DNA of 64,000 nt from Bacteroidia bacterium (lineage in GTDB: Bacteria > Bacteroidota > Bacteroidia > UKL13-3), in NCBI GenBank assembly GCA_965279165.1, contig OZ257140.1, positions 2,936,167 to 3,000,166 on the forward strand, read 5' to 3'. The translations under genes were made by a program, and so were the position numbers. The notes under the pieces were generated by a model. That model searched no databases. It had not been told where the DNA came from and saw only the letters and a program-made list of their open reading frames with translations. This document shows, in pieces, positions 59,652 to 64,000 of the stretch (positions within the stretch are counted from its first letter, which is position 1; every line of letters begins with the position of its first letter).

Positions 59652-62426
59652 ATGGTGGTAAAACAATTTACACTTATTTGTCTGTTCATCTTGTTAACCG
59701 GCTTCGGGCTTTCTGCTCAAAGTGTAATTAAAGGTAATTTAAAAGATACCGTTAATTACAAACCCATGGCTTATTCAGCTGTTGCCCTTTTGCGGTATCA
59801 AGATTCAACCATGGTAAAATTTGTTTGGGTGAACGATAAAGATGCCTTTCGATTCGACAACTTACAGCAGGATACCTATTACCTACAAATTACACGACCG
59901 ACCTTTGCAGATTATTTCGAAAAGATAGTGTTGGGAATGGAAGTTGAAAAAGACCTGGGCACTATTGTAATGATTTCAAAGTCGAATTTACTGAAAGAAG
60001 TACTGATAAAAGAGAAATCAAATGCAATTCGAATTAAAGGTGATACCACCGAGTTTTTGGTAGATAGTTTTTTAACCAACAAAAATGCAAATGTCGAAGA
60101 TTTACTTAAAAAGCTTCCCGGAATTCAGGTGGATAAGGATGGAAAGATTATGGCACAAGGCCAAGAAGTAAAAAAGGTACTTGTAGATGGAGAAGAATTT
60201 TTTGGAGAAGATCCAACAGTAGCAACACGAAACTTAAGAGCCGACAATGTTGAAAAAGTACAGGTATTTGATAAAAAAAGCGAACAAGCTACCTTTAGTG
60301 GAATTGATGATGGGGTAAAAGAAAAGACCATTAACCTGCAACTAAAAGAAGATGCTAAGAAAGGATACTTTGGTAAAGTAAGTGTAGGTGCAGGAACAGA
60401 TCAAAGATACGAGAATGATGCGATGGTAAATATGTTTAAAAACAAACGCAAGTTTTCGGCCTATGGTGCGATGAGTAATACCAATAAAACCCGTTTAAGC
60501 TGGGATGATGCCAATAAATTTGGTGGAGGTAATGGGGATAATTATGAAGTGGATGATGCATCCGGCTATATGTACTTTTATAGTACAGGAGATAACATGA
60601 ATTTCGATGGGGTTGGTATTCCTCAAACTTGGTATACAGGAGTACATTATTCGGATAAGGTGCTTGGTGATCGCCATAATTATGCGCTAAATATTACCAG
60701 AAAGGATTTATCGACGGAAGGTTTGGACCGAAACAATACCAAATATATTTTACCCGACACCTTATATTACGTTAACCAATTAAAGAATGTTATTAACCAA
60801 CGCATGCAAACTGCCATGTCGGGATCGTACGAATGGAAAGTAGATTCTTTCTCCACTTTAAAGTTTAAACTGTCAATTAAGGAAGGACAAAATATTTCAA
60901 AGGTATTTACACTTGCTGATAATTTAAACGAAAACAACGAATTGGTAAATAGCAATATTAGAACCAATACCTATGATACAAGAAACCAGAATGAAAATTC
61001 CTCTTTAAGCTGGAATCGTAAATTTAGGACAACAGGAAGAAGTTTGACCATGCAGTTTAATCAGACATTTACAAAGAATACAGGAGAAGAATTTGTGCAA
61101 TCGATAGTAAATTTATACGATACTTCCGGGGCTATTTTTAGCAGCAACGTCATCGACCAAAAGAAAGTTACCAATGCCCTTACCAATACCTATTCGGGCA
61201 AAGGAACGTATACCGAACCGCTTTCAAAATATTGGTTTATAAGTGGCGATTACGATGTAACGGCAACTTTAAGTACTTCCGATAGAAATACAAATGCAAA
61301 GCAAAATGGGGAATATACACTGCATGTAGATAGCTTAAGCAATAACCTGGATTATGATATTTTGGTAAACAAAGGAGGTCTTGCTATTCGTTACGTAAAG
61401 AAAAAATTGAATATTTCGTTCGGTGCTAAAACCTCCTATACCGATATGCGGCAAACCGAAATTTCAACCAACAAAACATTCAACCAATATTTTTTCAATC
61501 TTTTTCCATCGGCTTCGTTTAATTATAAACCCAAAACTACAGCCAATTTAAATTTTGGATATAATGGAAGTACAAGGCAGCCAAGTGTGCAGCAAATTCA
61601 GCCAATTCAAGATAATTCTAATCCGCTTGATATATACATTGGAAATCCTGATCTGGAACAAAGTTTTCGAAATAGTTTTAATTTTTCATACAATACATAT
61701 AAACCGATTTCCGGACAAAGTTTTTATACTTCGGCACAATTTTCATTTACCGAAGATGATTTTACCTCCTTCGATCAAGTGGATAATTATGGAAGAAAGA
61801 CCCATAAAACCGTAAATGTGGATGGAAACAGCAGTTTTTGGGGAGTGGCTTATTATTACTTTTCTATCAAGAAATACCATCTTCGTTTCGGCTCCAATTT
61901 AAATCCGTATGTTTCTACCAATGTTAATTATATCAATGGATTAAAGAATACCAACAAATCGCAACGAATTGGTTTCGGACAAAATATGTCGTACGAACTC
62001 GAGAAGAAAGCCGAATTTACAGTAGATGCAGATTGGACTTTTAACAACGGAACTTCTTCGTTGCGACCGGATGTAGTTACCCGTTACTGGTTGCAAACCT
62101 ATACGCTTTATGCCAAACTTTTCTTGCCGTCTAAATTTGAATTAAATGCCGATTGTGCTTTTAATATTCGTCAGAAAACAAGTGATTTTGATAACGATGT
62201 AAATGTTATTATGCTAAATGCCGGCGTATCGAAAAAGTTCTTGAAAAGTGAAGCTTTGGTTGCAGGCATTTCGGCATATGATTTGTTAAACCAAAATTTA
62301 GGATTCGATAGAAATGTGAGCAGTAATTATATTAATGAACATACGTATACGGTGTTGAAACGATATATACTTTTTACCTTAACATGGAATTTTACCAAAG
62401 GAGCAGTTGAACAAGATGAAGATTAA
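59652..62426 (+). CDS. TonB-dependent-receptor-like outer membrane beta-barrel protein with N-terminal carboxypeptidase-regulatory-like domain
   Basis: It has a signal peptide, an N-terminal beta-sandwich-like region (VIKGNLKDTVNYKPMAYSAV), a plug-like segment, and then ~700 aa of amphipathic beta strands ending in an aromatic-rich C-terminus. Confidence 0.7.
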   Translation: MVVKQFTLICLFILLTGFGLSAQSVIKGNLKDTVNYKPMAYSAVALLRYQDSTMVKFVWVNDKDAFRFDNLQQDTYYLQITRPTFADYFEKIVLGMEVEKDLGTIVMISKSNLLKEVLIKEKSNAIRIKGDTTEFLVDSFLTNKNANVEDLLKKLPGIQVDKDGKIMAQGQEVKKVLVDGEEFFGEDPTVATRNLRADNVEKVQVFDKKSEQATFSGIDDGVKEKTINLQLKEDAKKGYFGKVSVGAGTDQRYENDAMVNMFKNKRKFSAYGAMSNTNKTRLSWDDANKFGGGNGDNYEVDDASGYMYFYSTGDNMNFDGVGIPQTWYTGVHYSDKVLGDRHNYALNITRKDLSTEGLDRNNTKYILPDTLYYVNQLKNVINQRMQTAMSGSYEWKVDSFSTLKFKLSIKEGQNISKVFTLADNLNENNELVNSNIRTNTYDTRNQNENSSLSWNRKFRTTGRSLTMQFNQTFTKNTGEEFVQSIVNLYDTSGAIFSSNVIDQKKVTNALTNTYSGKGTYTEPLSKYWFISGDYDVTATLSTSDRNTNAKQNGEYTLHVDSLSNNLDYDILVNKGGLAIRYVKKKLNISFGAKTSYTDMRQTEISTNKTFNQYFFNLFPSASFNYKPKTTANLNFGYNGSTRQPSVQQIQPIQDNSNPLDIYIGNPDLEQSFRNSFNFSYNTYKPISGQSFYTSAQFSFTEDDFTSFDQVDNYGRKTHKTVNVDGNSSFWGVAYYYFSIKKYHLRFGSNLNPYVSTNVNYINGLKNTNKSQRIGFGQNMSYELEKKAEFTVDADWTFNNGTSSLRPDVVTRYWLQTYTLYAKLFLPSKFELNADCAFNIRQKTSDFDNDVNVIMLNAGVSKKFLKSEALVAGISAYDLLNQNLGFDRNVSSNYINEHTYTVLKRYILFTLTWNFTKGAVEQDED

Positions 62427-63165
62427 AATATTAACTATTTGGATTGGTATTTTGTTGCAGGTAGTTTCGGTGTCTGCGCAACAACTTTTGTTTCAAGGGA
62501 AAATTCTATTTGAAAGAAAGGAGAACATGCATAAACAACTCGATGAAGAAGGAGGGAACTGGGCATTGGAGATGAAAAAAAGATTACCAAAGTATCGCAC
62601 AGATATTTTTCAATTGGCATTTAATAAAACCAAATCAATTTATACGCTGTATCAAGAAGATGAGAATACCATGGTAGCTAATTCGTTTTGGAGAGTTGCC
62701 TGGAATAATACTGTTGTTACGGATATTGCATTAAAGGAACAATCGTCAGAGAAGGCGGTTTACGACAGAAACTACCATGTAAAAGATTCTTTGCCTGTTT
62801 ATCAATGGAAGTTAACCGGCGAATACCGCGAGATTGCCGGTCATACTTGCCGTAAAGCTACTACTGTTGTCATGGATTCGTTATATGTAATTGCATTTTA
62901 TACCGATGAAATTCCGGTTAGTGCAGGACCAGAATCATTTCAAGGTCTTCCGGGTATGATACTTGGGTTGGTGGTGCCAAAAATTCATTTTACAATCTTT
63001 GCTACCAAAGTGGAATCGGCTGTGATGGATGAAAAGCAGTTTATACCTACGCCTTTTAAGAAACCAAAAAATATTAATCGGCCAGGGTTGTTCAAAGAAA
63101 TCGAAGAAGCCCTTGAAGACTGGGGTAAATGGGGTAGGAAGATTTACTGGAGGGTAGTTATTTGA
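62407..63165 (+). CDS. GLPGLI family protein
   Basis: It has a signal peptide and the diagnostic GLPGMILGL motif. It overlaps the upstream beta-barrel gene by 20 nt. Confidence 0.75.
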   Translation: MNKMKIKILTIWIGILLQVVSVSAQQLLFQGKILFERKENMHKQLDEEGGNWALEMKKRLPKYRTDIFQLAFNKTKSIYTLYQEDENTMVANSFWRVAWNNTVVTDIALKEQSSEKAVYDRNYHVKDSLPVYQWKLTGEYREIAGHTCRKATTVVMDSLYVIAFYTDEIPVSAGPESFQGLPGMILGLVVPKIHFTIFATKVESAVMDEKQFIPTPFKKPKNINRPGLFKEIEEALEDWGKWGRKIYWRVVI

Positions 63166-63244
63166 TGCGATATGTATCCATCATTCAGCCATCGATTGAT
63201 AACAACCTTTTTCAATCCACAACCAGAAATACTATATTCGTCGG

Positions 63245-64000
63245 GTGCGAAACCCCAATTTAAATCCCGATGAAGAAAACCTGAATGGTGCTGAAAAAGA
63301 ATTTGAGCGTGTTTTACGTCCAAAAACATTTGAAGACTTTACCGGACAGGGAAAAATTATTGAAAACCTTCGGGTATTTGTAATGGCTGCCCGCCAAAGG
63401 GAAGAGGCGCTTGATCATGTTCTATTACACGGACCTCCGGGATTGGGTAAAACGACCTTGTCCTATATCATTGCAAATGAATTGGGGTCTAAAATTAAAA
63501 CTACTTCCGGTCCGGTACTCGAAAAACCGGGCGACTTGGCAGGATTGCTAACCAATCTGGAAAAAGGGGATGTATTATTTATTGATGAAATTCATAGGCT
63601 CAGTCCGGTAATCGAAGAGTTTCTTTATTCGGCTATGGAAGACTACCGCATTGATATCATGATTGATTCAGGTCCTAATGCACGAAGTATCCAATTGGAA
63701 GTAAATCCTTTTACTTTAATTGGTGCAACGACGCGCTCCGGTTTATTAACATCTCCTTTGCGTGCCCGTTTTGGAATCAATGCCCGTTTAGAATATTACG
63801 ATAGGAAATTGATGGAAAAAATCATCGAACGTTCAGCTGATATTATTCAAACCCGTATCGACCCAAAAGCAACGGCTGAAATCGCCAAAAGAAGCAGGGG
63901 TACACCACGAATCGGAAATGCTTTGCTGCGTCGTACAAGGGATTTTGCACAAATAAAAGGCGATGGAACCATCAACCTCGAAATAGCCAAATATGCCCTA
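63245..64000 (+). CDS. ruvB: Holliday junction branch migration ATPase RuvB (3' partial, runs off window)
   Basis: Walker [13 protein letters not shown] and Walker [11 protein letters not shown] are present, with strong RuvB similarity throughout. The frame has no in-frame ATG after the upstream stop at 63200, so I place the start at GTG 63245, giving (M)[12 protein letters not shown]. The frame is open to the window end. Confidence 0.85.
   Translation, partial: MRNPNLNPDEENLNGAEKEFERVLRPKTFEDFTGQGKIIENLRVFVMAARQREEALDHVLLHGPPGLGKTTLSYIIANELGSKIKTTSGPVLEKPGDLAGLLTNLEKGDVLFIDEIHRLSPVIEEFLYSAMEDYRIDIMIDSGPNARSIQLEVNPFTLIGATTRSGLLTSPLRARFGINARLEYYDRKLMEKIIERSADIIQTRIDPKATAEIAKRSRGTPRIGNALLRRTRDFAQIKGDGTINLEIAKYAL

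Overview
This window is an AT-rich (by eye) chromosome segment of a Bacteroidota (Bacteroidetes) genome. The lineage call rests on three things: T9SS type A and type B C-terminal sorting domains, a GldC-like gene with a GLPGLI-family gene, and a TTTG/TAnnTTTG promoter motif.

Gene content:
- The core is the conserved translation/transcription cluster rpsU - tyrosine recombinase - hpf - tRNA-Thr/Tyr/Gly/Thr - tuf - tRNA-Trp - secE - nusG - rplK - rplA - rplJ - rplL - rpoB - rpoC, spanning 17.9 to 33.8 kb.
- Housekeeping and envelope genes flank it: mltG, a LysM lytic transglycosylase, ribF, two M23 peptidases, ugd plus UDP-glucuronate decarboxylase, waaA, an acyl-CoA dehydrogenase, alaS and ruvB.
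- A more accessory-looking stretch runs from 33.9 to 45.5 kb. It holds a DUF5615/DUF433 toxin-antitoxin-like pair, several hypotheticals, a VOC protein, an alpha/beta hydrolase, a SulP-beta-carbonic-anhydrase fusion and an ABC-F ATPase.
- After that comes a 1606-aa T9SS type B cargo protein.

The most unusual sequence-level observations:
1. Tandem arrays of 3'-truncated tRNA copies sit immediately upstream of tRNA-Thr(GGT) (4 x 75 bp, identical) and tRNA-Trp(CCA) (2 x 117 bp). In each unit the anticodon arm is replaced by a perfect GC-rich hairpin.
2. Two paralogous four-helix-bundle (23S-IVS/Avd-like family) genes are each bracketed by their own pair of inverted repeats.
3. Many intergenic islands consist of heptamer/octamer tandem repeats (CATTCAT, ATAAGTT, GGGTAATGG, GGCARGAG, GTGTTRAG, TTGGTC..AAAGC). 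They abut stop codons, and several families occur in both orientations.
4. A duplicated hairpin element of about 50 to 95 nt carries a CCTCCTT loop.

All calls come from reading the sequence and from motif memory; no database search was run.
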